A DNA stretch of 32,000 bases from Cupriavidus necator (GCF_016127575.1 NZ_CP066018.1:990001-1022000); one strand, 5' to 3'; shown: positions 18,468 through 28,493, numbered from the stretch's first letter. Translations and numbers: made by a program. Notes: a model not told the origin generated them from the sequence alone.

Positions 18468-19775
18468 TCAGAGAATCAGGATGGCGCGGTAGTCGTTCAC
18501 ATTGGTGCGCGTCGGGCCGGTGACTACCAGGTCGCCGATGGCATCGAACAGGCCCCAGGCGTCGTGCGCGTCCAGCTGGCGCAGTCCCGGCAGGCCGGCG
18601 GCCGCGGCGCGCGCCAGCGTGGTCGGATCGGCCAGCGCACCGGCATTGTCTTCCGAACCGTCGATGCCGTCGGTGTCGGCTGCGATCGCATGCACGCCGG
18701 GCATGCCGTCAAGCTCGACCGCCAGCGACAGCAGGAATTCGGAGCAACGCCCGCCCCGTGCCTTCGTGGCGCCACCGCCGGCAGGCAAAGTGACCGTGCA
18801 CTCACCTCCGGAAATCAGCGCCACGGGCGCGGCAAACGGCGCATTGTACGCGCGAATCTCGCGCACCAGCGCGGCGTAGACGCGGGCCACTTCGCGCGCT
18901 TCGCCGGTCACGGTATCGCCCAGCACCACCGGGGTGATGCCGCGTTCGCGGAACAGCGCCGCGGCCGCCTGCAGGCTGCCATGGGCAGTGGCGATCATGC
19001 GGTGGTCGACCCGGGCGAACAGTGCATCGCCCGGCTTGGGCGTCTCCGGCACGTCGCCGCGGGCGCCGCACTCCAGGTGTGCCTGCACGCTGGCCGGCAC
19101 CTGCGCGCCCCAGCGGCGCAGGATCTCCAGCGCATCGGCAAAGGTGCTCGGGTCGGCCACGGTCGGGCCCGAGGCGATCGCACTGGGATCGTCGCCGGCC
19201 ACGTCCGAGACGATCAGCGTGGTCACCGGCGCACGGCTTGCCTGCGCCAGCCGCCCGCCCTGGATGCGCGAGACATGCTTGCGCACGATATTCATCTCGG
19301 TGATCGGCGCGCCACAGCGCAGCAGTTCCCGAGTGGCGGCCTTCAGGTCAGCCATCGGGATGCCTTCGGCCGGCAGCGACAGCAGGCTGGAGCCGCCGCC
19401 TGACACCAGCACCAGCAGCCGGTCCTGCGGCGTCAGCGACTGCACGCTGGCCAGGATATCGGCGGCGGCCTGCTCGCCGGCCTCGTCGGGCACCGGATGG
19501 CCGGCCTCGATCACGCGGATATGGTCGGTCGGCAGCCCGTGGGCGTAGCGCGTGACCACCAGCCCCTCCAGCGTGGCCTTGCCAGCGTAGGCACGCTCGA
19601 CCGCCGCGGCCATCGACGCCGCGGCCTTGCCCGCGCCCACCACCAGCGTGCGGCCGCCCGCGTGCGGGGGTGGCAGGTGCTGCGCCACGATCTGCAGCGG
19701 ATCGGCCGCCGCCACCGCCGCGTGGAAGCTGTCCAGCAGCAAGGCGCGGGGATCGCCCGCGACCGCCGCGCTCAC
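18468..19775 (-). CDS. ttuD: glycerate 2-kinase / TtuD-like protein (DUF4147 + MOFRL domains)
   Basis: [13 protein letters not shown]-domain motif and the C-terminal MOFRL block ADTDGIDG...[10 protein letters not shown]. The GTG start overlaps the upstream stop (GTGA). Confidence 0.87.
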   Translation of the reverse strand: MSAAVAGDPRALLLDSFHAAVAAADPLQIVAQHLPPPHAGGRTLVVGAGKAAASMAAAVERAYAGKATLEGLVVTRYAHGLPTDHIRVIEAGHPVPDEAGEQAAADILASVQSLTPQDRLLVLVSGGGSSLLSLPAEGIPMADLKAATRELLRCGAPITEMNIVRKHVSRIQGGRLAQASRAPVTTLIVSDVAGDDPSAIASGPTVADPSTFADALEILRRWGAQVPASVQAHLECGARGDVPETPKPGDALFARVDHRMIATAHGSLQAAAALFRERGITPVVLGDTVTGEAREVARVYAALVREIRAYNAPFAAPVALISGGECTVTLPAGGGATKARGGRCSEFLLSLAVELDGMPGVHAIAADTDGIDGSEDNAGALADPTTLARAAAAGLPGLRQLDAHDAWGLFDAIGDLVVTGPTRTNVNDYRAILIL

Positions 19776-20845
19776 AGCGCCTCCGCGATAGCCAGGCCCA
19801 GGTCGGCAGTGCCGGCCTTGCCGCCGATGTCGCGCGTCAGCGGCGCGTGTTCGGGGCCCGCGGCCAGCACCTTTTCGATCGCGCCCAGTACGGCGGCGCC
19901 GGCTGCTTCATGGCCCAGGTGCTCCAGCATCATGGCGCCGCACCAGATCTGGCCGATCGGGTTGGCCACGCCGCGCCCGGCAATATCCGGGGCCGAGCCG
20001 TGCACCGGCTCGAACAGGCTGGGAAAGGTGCGGTCGGGGTTGATATTGCCCGACGGCGCGATGCCGATGGTGCCGGTGCAAGCCGGGCCCAGGTCGGACA
20101 GGATGTCGCCGAACAGGTTGCTGGCCACCACAACGTCGAACCAGTCCGGATGCTGGACGAAATGCGCGGTCAGGATGTCGATGTGGTACTTGTCGACCTT
20201 GATGCCGGGGTAGCTGGCCGCCATCGCCTCGACGCGCTCGTCCCAGTACGGCATGGTGATCGAGATGCCATTGGACTTGGTCGCCGACGTCAGGTGCTTC
20301 TTCGGCCGCTTCTGTGCCAACTCGAAGGCAAACTTCAGGATGCGGTCGACGCCGGTGCGGCTCATCACGGTTTCCTGCACCACGATCTCGCGCTCGGTGC
20401 CCGGGAACATGCGCCCGCCGATGCTGGAGTATTCACCCTCGGTGTTCTCGCGCACCACATAAAAGTCGATATCGCCAGGCTGGCGGCCGGCCAGCGGGCT
20501 CCTGATGCCGGGCATCAGCCGCACCGGGCGCAGGTTCACGTACTGGTCGAACGAGCGCCGGAACTGCAGCAGCGAACCCCACAGCGAGACGTGGTCAGGC
20601 ACGGCATCAGGCCAGCCCACCGCGCCGAAGTAGATGGCGTCGTACTTGACCAGCGTGTCGAACCAGTCGTCCGGCAGCATCTTGCCGTGGCGGGCGTAGT
20701 AGTCGCAGCTGGAAAAGTCGAAGTGGTCCCACTGGAAGTCGATGCCGAAGCGCCGCGCCGCGGCGTCCATCACGCGGATGCCCTCGGGCATGACTTCCGT
20801 GCCGATTCCGTCTCCGGGAATCACGGCGATCTTGTATTGGCGCAT
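19772..20845 (-). CDS. ttuC: tartrate dehydrogenase/decarboxylase (D-malate dehydrogenase family; isocitrate/isopropylmalate dehydrogenase fold)
   Basis: MRQYKIAVIPGDGIGTEV..., NLFGDILSDL and VRENTEGEYS motifs. I prefer the ATG at 20845 to the longer track ORF, whose extension is Pro/Arg-rich and non-coding-like. Confidence 0.9.
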   Translation of the reverse strand: MRQYKIAVIPGDGIGTEVMPEGIRVMDAAARRFGIDFQWDHFDFSSCDYYARHGKMLPDDWFDTLVKYDAIYFGAVGWPDAVPDHVSLWGSLLQFRRSFDQYVNLRPVRLMPGIRSPLAGRQPGDIDFYVVRENTEGEYSSIGGRMFPGTEREIVVQETVMSRTGVDRILKFAFELAQKRPKKHLTSATKSNGISITMPYWDERVEAMAASYPGIKVDKYHIDILTAHFVQHPDWFDVVVASNLFGDILSDLGPACTGTIGIAPSGNINPDRTFPSLFEPVHGSAPDIAGRGVANPIGQIWCGAMMLEHLGHEAAGAAVLGAIEKVLAAGPEHAPLTRDIGGKAGTADLGLAIAEAL

Positions 20846-20904
20846 GGTTATTGGGGAGATACGTGCAGGATGGCCGGTCGCCGCGCGCGGCCGGCCGACG
20901 CTGC

Positions 20905-20933
20905 TTGGCAGCGGCCCGGGTGCGCGGGATAAT
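20905..20933 (+). promoter_or_regulatory. sigma-70 promoter TTGGCA-N17-GATAAT for the amidotransferase gene
   Basis: Hexamers at 20905-20910 and 20928-20933 with exactly 17 nt between them, about 50 nt upstream of the ATG at 20984. Confidence 0.5.
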
Positions 20934-20983
20934 GTCTGCATTCTATTGCAAAGCGGCAGCCCACTGCCGACCGGTGCCCCGAT

Positions 20984-21814
20984 ATGTGCCAGCTGCTAGG
21001 CATGAACTGCGCCACGCCGACCGACGTGACGTTCTCCTTCACCGGCTTTGCCGCGCGTGGTGGCCTGACCGACCATCACGCCGACGGCTTCGGTGTGGCC
21101 TTCTTCGAGGACAAGGCCTGCCGCCTGTTTATCGACAACCAGTCAGCCGGCACCTCGCCGGTGGCAGACCTGATCAAGCGCTACCCGATCAAGTCCAAGA
21201 ACGTCATCTCGCATATCCGCAAGGCCACGCAGGGCACCGTGCTGCTGGAGAACTGCCACCCCTTCATGCGCGAGCTGTGGGGCCGCCACTGGATCTTTGC
21301 CCATAACGGCGACCTGAAGGGCTTCACCCCGTTCCTGTCCGGCGTCTACCAGCCAGTGGGCGATACCGACAGCGAACTGGCCTTCTGCACGCTGATGCAG
21401 GGCCTGCGCAAGCGCTTCCCGGGTTCGCAGCCGCCGCTGAACGAGCTGTGCCATGCGCTGGCCGACATCACCCGCGAGATCACGCTGCATGGCGTGTTCA
21501 ACTACCTGCTGTGCAACGGCCAGGCCCAGTTCGCGCACTGCTCCACGCACCTGTACTACATCGTGCGGCAGTGGCCGTTCTCGACCGCGCACCTGATCGA
21601 CGCCGACCTGTCGATCGACTTCGCCCAGGTCACCACACCGGACGACCGCGTGGCGGTGATCGCCACCCAGCCGCTGACCGACAACGAGACCTGGACCCGC
21701 TTCGCCCCGGGCGAGCTGATCATGTTCGAGGACGGGCACCCGACCATGACGCTGACGGTGCCGATCCCGCCTGAAGTGCAGGCGAAGAACGCGGCCAACA
21801 CGGCCTGCACCTGA
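20984..21814 (+). CDS. class II (Ntn) glutamine amidotransferase, YafJ-like
   Basis: N-terminal MCQLLGM with the nucleophilic Cys2, and HADGFGVAFF...HIRKAT.G......NCHPF...FAHNG. Confidence 0.88.
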   Translation: MCQLLGMNCATPTDVTFSFTGFAARGGLTDHHADGFGVAFFEDKACRLFIDNQSAGTSPVADLIKRYPIKSKNVISHIRKATQGTVLLENCHPFMRELWGRHWIFAHNGDLKGFTPFLSGVYQPVGDTDSELAFCTLMQGLRKRFPGSQPPLNELCHALADITREITLHGVFNYLLCNGQAQFAHCSTHLYYIVRQWPFSTAHLIDADLSIDFAQVTTPDDRVAVIATQPLTDNETWTRFAPGELIMFEDGHPTMTLTVPIPPEVQAKNAANTACT

Positions 21815-21825
21815 GCCATCGGGAA

Positions 21826-21856
21826 CGAAAAAAGGGACGCCGAGGCGTCCCTTTCT
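21826..21856. terminator. bidirectional intrinsic terminator between the amidotransferase gene and gltL
   Basis: AAAAAAGGGACGC-CGAG-GCGTCCCTTTCT, between convergent genes. Confidence 0.8.
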
Positions 21857-21875
21857 GCTTGCCCTGCCAGGCCGG

Positions 21876-22610
21876 TCAATGATGCAGGATCTTCGACAGG
21901 AACTGCCTGGCGCGCTCGGAGCGGTGTTCGATATTGCCGAAGAACTCCTCCTTCTCGCAGTCCTCGACGATCTTGCCCTGGTCCATGAAGATCACGCGGT
22001 TGGCCACCTTGCGCGCGAAGCCCATTTCGTGGGTCACGCACATCATGGTCATGCCTTCCTGCGCCAGCTGCACCATCACGTCCAGCACTTCGTTGACCAT
22101 CTCCGGGTCCAGCGCCGAAGTCGGCTCGTCGAACAGCATGCAGATCGGGTCCATCGACAGCGCACGGGCGATCGCCACGCGCTGCTGCTGGCCGCCCGAC
22201 AGCTGGCCGGGGTACTTCTCCGCCTGGCTCTTCAGGCCCACGCGGTCCAGGTACTTCAGGCCCTTGGCCATCGCCTCGTCCTTGGAGCGGCCGAGCACCT
22301 TCATCTGCGCGATGGTCAGGTTCTCGGTGATCGACAGGTGCGGGAACAGCTCGAAGTTCTGGAACACCATGCCCACGCGCGAGCGCAGCTTGGGCAGGTT
22401 GGTCTTGGGATTGCCCACCGAGGTGCCGTCGACCAGGATATCGCCCTTCTGGAACGGCTCAAGCGCGTTGACGGTCTTGATCAGCGTGGACTTTCCCGAC
22501 CCGGACGGGCCGCATACCACCACCACTTCACCCTTGGCGACCTTGGTGGTGCAGTCGGTCAGCACCTGGAAGGCGCCGTACCACTTGGAGACATTGTTGA
22601 TTTCGATCAT
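21876..22610 (-). CDS. gltL: glutamate/aspartate ABC transporter ATP-binding protein
   Basis: Walker [10 protein letters not shown], signature [15 protein letters not shown], Walker [16 protein letters not shown]-family size of 244 aa. Confidence 0.93.
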   Translation of the reverse strand: MIEINNVSKWYGAFQVLTDCTTKVAKGEVVVVCGPSGSGKSTLIKTVNALEPFQKGDILVDGTSVGNPKTNLPKLRSRVGMVFQNFELFPHLSITENLTIAQMKVLGRSKDEAMAKGLKYLDRVGLKSQAEKYPGQLSGGQQQRVAIARALSMDPICMLFDEPTSALDPEMVNEVLDVMVQLAQEGMTMMCVTHEMGFARKVANRVIFMDQGKIVEDCEKEEFFGNIEHRSERARQFLSKILHH

Positions 22611-23290
22611 ACAGCCACCTTTTTCTGGTAACGCTTGACCAGCAGCGAAGCGGAGAAGCAGATAACGAAGTACACCACGCCGGCGAACAGCAGCATCTCG
22701 ACGATGCGGCCGTCACGTTCGCCGATGCCGTAGGCCTGGCCGAAGAAGTCGGCCAGCGCGCTGACGTAGACCAGCGACGTATCCTGGAACAGGATGATGC
22801 CCTGGGTCAGCAGCAGCGGCACCATGTTGCGGAACGCCTGCGGCAGGATCACCAGCCGCATCGACTGGCCATAGGTCATGCCCAGCGCCTGCGCCGCGAA
22901 CATCTGCCCGCGCGACACGCTCTGGATGCCCGCGCGGATGATTTCCGAGTAGTACGCGGCCTCGAACAGCGCAAAGGCCACCAGCGCGGACGTCATGCGC
23001 AGGTCGGTCGCCGGCGACAGGTTGAACAGGTTCTGCAGCACCTGCGGAATGATCAGGAAGAACCACAACAGCACCATCACCAGCGGGATGGAGCGGAAGA
23101 TGGTCACGTACCCCTGCGCAAACCAGTTCAGCAGCCTGAACGACGACAGCCGCATCATCGCCAGGATGGTGCCCCAGACGATGCCCACCACCACCGCGGT
23201 GACGGTGATCTTGAGCGAGACCATCATGCCCTCGCCCAGGACCTCGAGCGTGGCAGGGGTGATGGAAGTGAAATCGAAGGAATAAGCCAT
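22607..23290 (-). CDS. gltK: glutamate/aspartate ABC transporter permease
   Basis: Close match to my recollection of E. coli GltK ([21 protein letters not shown]). ATGA overlap with gltL. Confidence 0.9.
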   Translation of the reverse strand: MAYSFDFTSITPATLEVLGEGMMVSLKITVTAVVVGIVWGTILAMMRLSSFRLLNWFAQGYVTIFRSIPLVMVLLWFFLIIPQVLQNLFNLSPATDLRMTSALVAFALFEAAYYSEIIRAGIQSVSRGQMFAAQALGMTYGQSMRLVILPQAFRNMVPLLLTQGIILFQDTSLVYVSALADFFGQAYGIGERDGRIVEMLLFAGVVYFVICFSASLLVKRYQKKVAV

Positions 23291-23299
23291 GGCGCCCCC

Positions 23300-24028
23300 T
23301 TACTTGCCGCCGATAAAGCCGGGCACGCGCGTGCGGGCTTCCACCCAGCGCATGATCAGCATCACCGTCACGTTGATCAGCGCGTACATCAGCGTGACCG
23401 CGATGAACGATTCATACGGGCGCGCGGTGTAGTCCACCAGTTGCCGGCCCTGCGCCGCCAGTTCCAGCAGGCCGATGGTCGAAGCCACCGCCGAATTCTT
23501 GAAGATGTTCAGGAATTCGGAAGTCAGCGGCGGCACGATCACGCGGAACGCCATCGGCAGCAGCACGTGGCGGTACGTCTGCGGCAGCGTGAAGCCCATC
23601 GCCAGGCCGGCATTCTTCTGCCCGCGCGCCAGCGAGTTGATGCCCGAGCGCACCTGCTCGCAGACCCGCGCGGCGGTGAAGGTGCCCAGGCACAGCATGG
23701 CGGCCAGGAACTGCTGCGCGAACGGGTTCATCTGCTTGATCGCCTCGCCACCGGGCAGCAGCTCGGGCGCGACGAAATACCAGATGAACAGCTGCACCAG
23801 CAGCGGGATGTTGCGGAAGATTTCCACATAGGTGGCGGCGATGCCCGCCAGCCACTTGTTGGGCACGGTGCGCAGCACGCCGAGCACCGAACCGATGACC
23901 AGGGCGATGACCCAGGACGAGAGTCCCAGGGCGAGCGTTACCTTCAGGCCCGAGATCATCTAGTCCAGGTAGGTCTCGTTCTGGGCGGCCTGTTCGAGGA
24001 AAACTGCCCAATGCCAGTTGTAGTTCAT
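23300..24028 (-). pseudogene. gltJ: gltJ-type glutamate/aspartate ABC permease interrupted by an in-frame TAG (23960-23962); the intact ORF 23300-23959 restarts at the adjacent ATG
   Basis: The minus strand reads GAGGA-N7-ATG AAC TAC AAC TGG CAT TGG GCA GTT TTC CTC GAA CAG ... ACC TAC CTG GAC TAG ATG ATC TCG GGC. That is MNYNWHWAVFLEQAAQNETYLD*MISGLKVT, which is colinear with E. coli GltJ MSIDWNWGIFLQQ...TYLGWIWSGFQVT. The stop therefore sits at the conserved Trp. Confidence 0.75.
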
Positions 24029-24091
24029 GTTGCGTCCTCAAAAAGAAACGGAAGGACATGCCTTCCGTTTCACACTGCTGTCAACGGCAGG

Positions 24092-24991
24092 TCAGTCCAG
24101 CGCCTTGTCGTTCGGCGTCTTGAACAACGCCTTCATGTCTTCGGACAGCGGGAAGTCCAGGTTGAGGCCCTTCGGCGGCACCGGCGTCATGAACCACTTG
24201 GTGTACAGGGTGTTGATCGAACCGTCCTTCATCATGCCGGAGATCACGGTATCGGACAGCTTCTTGAACTGCGGATCGTCCTTGCGGATCATACAGCCAT
24301 AGGACTCGCGCGATTGCGGCTTGCCCACCACGATCCAGTCGGCCGGGTTCTTGGCCTTGGCGCGCTCGCCGTACAGCAGCGCGTCGTCCATCATGAACGC
24401 GACCGCGCGGCCCGATTCCAGCGTCAGGAACGACTGGCCATGGTCCTTGGTGCTGATGATGTTCACGCCCAGCTTCTGGTCGTCGTTCATCTTGCGCAGC
24501 AGGCGCTCCGACGTGGTGCCGGCGGTGGTGACGACGTTCTTGCCCTTCAGGTCGGCCCAGTCCTTGATGCCGGCGTCCTTCTTCACCATGATGCGCGTGC
24601 CGATGATGAAGATGGAGTTGGTGAACCCAACCTGCTTCTGGCGCTCCAGGTTGTTGGTGGTGGAGCCGCACTCGATGTCGATGGTGCCGTTCTGCAGCAG
24701 CGTGATGCGGTTCTGCGAGGTGATCGGGATTTCCTTGACCTGCAGGTTCGGCAGCTTGAGCTGGTCCTTGATGGCTTCCACGATCTTCATGTTGATATCG
24801 TAGGAATAGCCGACCTGACGCACGCCGCCCAGGTTGTAATTGAACGGAATCGACGACTCGCGCACGCCCAGCGTGATGACGCCGGTGTCCTTGATCTTCT
24901 TCAGCGTGCCCGTCAGTTGTTCAGCTGCCTGTGCCGTCCCGCACATCACGCCCCCGGCAATCATCAGGGCAGCCAGCTTGGCGAAATTCAT
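24092..24991 (-). CDS. gltI: glutamate/aspartate ABC transporter periplasmic binding protein
   Basis: AAGGAG RBS, signal peptide MNFAKLAALMIAGGVMCGTAQA, and strong colinearity with E. coli GltI (IPITSQNR..LLQNGT.D.ECGSTTNN.ERQKQ, HG.SF.TLESGRAVAFMMDDALL.GERAKAK). Confidence 0.92.
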   Translation of the reverse strand: MNFAKLAALMIAGGVMCGTAQAAEQLTGTLKKIKDTGVITLGVRESSIPFNYNLGGVRQVGYSYDINMKIVEAIKDQLKLPNLQVKEIPITSQNRITLLQNGTIDIECGSTTNNLERQKQVGFTNSIFIIGTRIMVKKDAGIKDWADLKGKNVVTTAGTTSERLLRKMNDDQKLGVNIISTKDHGQSFLTLESGRAVAFMMDDALLYGERAKAKNPADWIVVGKPQSRESYGCMIRKDDPQFKKLSDTVISGMMKDGSINTLYTKWFMTPVPPKGLNLDFPLSEDMKALFKTPNDKALD

Positions 24992-25144
24992 AACATCTCC
25001 TTGACCATGAAGAGAAAGCGGGATTCTAGAGATAAAACCCCCACTGGTGAAACAGTATTGCGCAGCATCCGCCGCAATACAACTGGGTTTTCTCCTAGAA
25101 CCCCACTTCAGGGCAATCACTGCGCACGGCGTCCGGATACGACA

Positions 25145-25176
25145 ACGCGGTCTCCGGCGCTTGCCGGAGACCGCGT
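25145..25176 (-). terminator. perfect 14-bp hairpin (ACGCGGTCTCCGGC / GCCGGAGACCGCGT, 4-nt loop) downstream of gdh; weak U-tract
   Basis: Read directly. It lies 82 nt after the gdh stop and before the gltI promoter region. Confidence 0.5.
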
Positions 25177-25257
25177 CTGACGGTCATGAGCCATGGGGAG
25201 CGTGACGATTATTGCATTGCACCATGGCAGTGCCTTATCCCGTTTCCCGTGCCCGGA

Positions 25258-26565
25258 TCAGGGATACAGGCCGCGCATCTCGCGCGCCTGCAGGATCCGC
25301 GTACAGGCCACGATAAACGCCGCCGTGCGCAGCGTCACCTTGTTGTCCTGTGCCACTTGCCAGATTGCCCGGAAGGCTTCTTGCATGATCCGTACCAGGC
25401 GCTGGTTGATTTCTTCCTCGGTCCAGAAAAAGCTGGAGAAATCCTGCACCCATTCGAAGTAGGACACGGTCACGCCGCCGGCGTTGGCGATCACGTCGGG
25501 ACAGACCAGGATATTGCGCTCGCGCAGGATATCGTCGGCTTGCGGCGTGGTCGGGCCGTTGGCGCCTTCAATCACCAGCTTTGCCGTGATCTTGGGCGCG
25601 TTCTGCACCGTGATCTGGCCTTCCAGCGCGGCCGGGATCAGGATGTCGCAGTCGACTTCCCAGAACTGCTCGGTGCGCAGGACTTCGCCGCGGAAGCCTT
25701 CGATGGTGCCGCTGTGCGAGGCGTATTCCATCATCGCCGGCACGTCCAGGCCGGCCGGGTCGAACAGCGTGGTGCGGTGGTCCTGCACCGCCACCACCTT
25801 GGCGCCGGCCTCATGGAACAGCTTGGCCGCCACCGCGCCCACGTTGCCGAAGCCCTGCACCGCCACGCGCGCGCCCTTGATCTCCAGGCCGATATTGCGC
25901 GCGGCCTCGGAGCCGACCACGAACACGCCGCGGCCGGTGGCTTCGTGGCGGCCGAGCGAGCCGCCCAGCGAGATCGGCTTGCCGGTCACCACGCCGGTGG
26001 CCGTGCTGCCGGAGTTCATCGAGTACGTGTCCATCATCCAGGCCATGACCTGGGCGTTGGTGTTCACGTCCGGCGCCGGAATATCCTTGCTCGGCCCGAT
26101 GATGATGTTGATTTCGCTGGTGTAGCGGCGCGTCAGGCGTTCCAGCTCGGCGTGCGAGAGCGTGCGCGGATCGACGCGGATGCCGCCCTTGGCACCGCCG
26201 TAGGGCACGTTGACCGCGGCATTCTTCACCGACATCCAGGCCGACAGCGCCATCACCTCGGACAGGGTCACGTCCTGGTGGAAGCGCACGCCGCCCTTGC
26301 CCGGGCCGCGCGACAGGTTGTGCTGCACCCGATAGCCCTCGAAATGGGCAATGGTGCCGTTATCCAGTTCGATGGGAACGTCGACGATCATCGCGCGCTT
26401 GGGGCGCTTGAGGGTTTCGACCCAGCGTGCCAGCGAGCCCAGGTAAGGCGTGACACGGTCGACCTGCTGCAGGTAGATGCCCCAGGGGCCGAGATGGTCG
26501 GCATTGAGGTAAGACGGGAGTGCGTGCTTTTGGCCAGCAATATTGGTCGGTGCTGCGGAAGACAT
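25258..26565 (-). CDS. gdhA: glutamate dehydrogenase (Glu/Leu/Phe/Val dehydrogenase family, ~435-aa class)
   Basis: Catalytic block [14 protein letters not shown], Rossmann GFGNVG, and full-length family similarity. Confidence 0.93.
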   Translation of the reverse strand: MSSAAPTNIAGQKHALPSYLNADHLGPWGIYLQQVDRVTPYLGSLARWVETLKRPKRAMIVDVPIELDNGTIAHFEGYRVQHNLSRGPGKGGVRFHQDVTLSEVMALSAWMSVKNAAVNVPYGGAKGGIRVDPRTLSHAELERLTRRYTSEINIIIGPSKDIPAPDVNTNAQVMAWMMDTYSMNSGSTATGVVTGKPISLGGSLGRHEATGRGVFVVGSEAARNIGLEIKGARVAVQGFGNVGAVAAKLFHEAGAKVVAVQDHRTTLFDPAGLDVPAMMEYASHSGTIEGFRGEVLRTEQFWEVDCDILIPAALEGQITVQNAPKITAKLVIEGANGPTTPQADDILRERNILVCPDVIANAGGVTVSYFEWVQDFSSFFWTEEEINQRLVRIMQEAFRAIWQVAQDNKVTLRTAAFIVACTRILQAREMRGLYP

Positions 26566-26668
26566 CGGTTGGTTCCGGTGTGAAGAATGCCCGCAAGCTT
26601 AGGGCTGGCGCCCCGCCCGAATCCAATGCCGTTTGCTCATCCGGTCATGCAAAACCTGCATAACGTTG

Positions 26669-27652
26669 TCATCTGGCGGAAACCGGGGAGCCGGCCGGCT
26701 GGGCGGACTGGGCCGCCGACAAGGTCGACCACACCTGGTCGACCAGCTGGCGCTTGCGCCGTGCCCCGGCGCGGCGTTCGTTGCCGTTCTCGCCCGGGCG
26801 CTCGCGGTACAGGCGGATTTCCATGTCGATCGACAACGGCAGCCCGCGCGCCGACTCGGCCCGCACCAGCCGGCCCGCGGCCACGTCCTCGCGCACCGCG
26901 CTTTCGGGCAGGAAGGCCATGCCGTGGCCGGCCAGCGCCATCACCTTGAGCGCCTCGGCCATGTCGGTCTCGTAGCATTTGTCGAGCTTGAGCGCCTCGG
27001 AGGTGTCGGCCAGCAGCAGGTCGACCATGCGGCCGAGGAAGGCGTTGGGCGTGTAGCTGAGGAAGGGCACTGGCTTCTTGTCGGTGCCGGGCAGCCGGAA
27101 TTGCGGCTTGCCGGCAGCGTCCGGCACGCTGTAGGGCGACAGCCGCTCGGTACCAAGTACCAGCATGTCGTACCGGGCCGGATCCAGCTGGATCGCCTGG
27201 CGCGCGTGGTGGTAGACCATCACCAGGTCGCAGCCGCCCTCCACCAGCATCAGCACCGCGTCGTGGACGTTGAGCGCGCGCAGCCGGCACGGCAGCGTGC
27301 CGATCCTGCGCTCCAGCGCCTTGAGCCATTCCGGGAAGAAGGTCAGCGACAGCGTATGCGGCACCGCGAACTCCAGCACCTGGGCGTTGGCCGAGCGCTG
27401 GCCGCGCATCAGCGCACGGGTCTCGCTGACCTGCGCCAGCATGGCCAGCGCCTGCTCGTAGAACACCTTGCCGGCCGGGGTCAGGCTGGTGGGGTAGCTC
27501 GAGCGGTCGATCAGCTCGGTGCCGACCCACGCCTCCAGCGACTGGATGCGGCGCGAGAACGCCGGCTGCGTGACGTGGCGCAGCTCGGCCGAGCGCGAGA
27601 AGCTGTGCGTCTCGGCCAGGCTGACGAAGTCTTCAAGCCATTTGATTTCCAT
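26669..27652 (-). CDS. LysR family transcriptional regulator (with a ~30-aa basic/low-complexity C-terminal tail)
   Basis: wHTH LEDFVSLAETHSFSRSAELRHVTQPAFSRRIQSLE. It sits directly upstream of gdh on the same strand. Confidence 0.9.
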   Translation of the reverse strand: MEIKWLEDFVSLAETHSFSRSAELRHVTQPAFSRRIQSLEAWVGTELIDRSSYPTSLTPAGKVFYEQALAMLAQVSETRALMRGQRSANAQVLEFAVPHTLSLTFFPEWLKALERRIGTLPCRLRALNVHDAVLMLVEGGCDLVMVYHHARQAIQLDPARYDMLVLGTERLSPYSVPDAAGKPQFRLPGTDKKPVPFLSYTPNAFLGRMVDLLLADTSEALKLDKCYETDMAEALKVMALAGHGMAFLPESAVREDVAAGRLVRAESARGLPLSIDMEIRLYRERPGENGNERRAGARRKRQLVDQVWSTLSAAQSAQPAGSPVSAR

Positions 27653-27707
27653 GACGCGGATTATCCACCCGCGCCCGGGCCTCCGTCACCTGTCCGGCGG
27701 CAAGCCG

Positions 27708-28481
27708 TCAGCCACGATGCGCCCAGCCGGTCATGCGCTTCTCGACCACCGCAAACAGCTCGTACATCGCCATCGCCATCACCGCGATCACCACCAGCCC
27801 GGCAAAGGCCAGCGGCATCTTCATGGCCGAGCCGGCCGACACCAGCAGGTAGCCGATGCCCTCGTTGGCGGCGTTCATCTCCGACACCGTGGTGCCGACA
27901 AAGGCCAGCGTGATTGCCACCTTCAGCGAGGCGAAGAAATACGGCATGGCGCGCGGCAGACCGACCTTGAACAACACGTCGCGCCGTTTGGCGCCGAGCA
28001 CGCGCAGCACGTCCTCCAGTTCCGGCTCCAGCGTGGCCAGCCCGGTGGCGATATTGACCATGATCGGGAAGAACGAGATCAGGAACGCGGTCAGGATGGC
28101 CGGACCCGCGCCCAGGCCGAACCACACCACCAGGATCGGCACGAAGGCGGCCTTGGGCAGCGCGTTGAAGGCCGTCATCAGCGGATAGCTGGCGGCATAG
28201 AGCAGCCGTGACGAGCCCATTGCCAGCCCCAGCAGCACGCCCACGGCGATGGCCACGCCGAAGCCCACCATGGTGGTCCAGAAGGTGCGCCACGCATGGC
28301 CGGCGATCACGTCGGCATATTCCACCAGCGAGGCCACGATCGCCGATGGTGTCGGCAGGATAAAGTCGGACACGCCGAAGGCCATGCACGCGCCCTGCCA
28401 CAGCAGCAGCACCGCGGCCAGCAGCAGCCAGGGCGCCACGCGCTGCACGCGGCGCTCCTGCGCGGAAGTGAGAGTCATCAT
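27708..28481 (-). CDS. ABC transporter permease (NitT/TauT, nitrate/sulfonate/bicarbonate family)
   Basis: Six-TM BPD-type permease, 257 aa, with an EAA-like loop (LGAKRRDVLFKVGLPRAMP). Confidence 0.9.
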   Translation of the reverse strand: MMTLTSAQERRVQRVAPWLLLAAVLLLWQGACMAFGVSDFILPTPSAIVASLVEYADVIAGHAWRTFWTTMVGFGVAIAVGVLLGLAMGSSRLLYAASYPLMTAFNALPKAAFVPILVVWFGLGAGPAILTAFLISFFPIMVNIATGLATLEPELEDVLRVLGAKRRDVLFKVGLPRAMPYFFASLKVAITLAFVGTTVSEMNAANEGIGYLLVSAGSAMKMPLAFAGLVVIAVMAMAMYELFAVVEKRMTGWAHRG

Positions 28482-28493
28482 GGTAGCTTTGCC

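Noticed and set aside
25100-25257. Sigma-54-like strings near the gltI upstream region and gdh 3' region (GTGCGCAGTGATTGCC; GGCACTGCCATGGTGCA).
   Set aside because: Each lacks either the GG of the -24 element or the correctly spaced TTGC of the -12 element. They match only 3 of 6 positions in the -24 hexamer.
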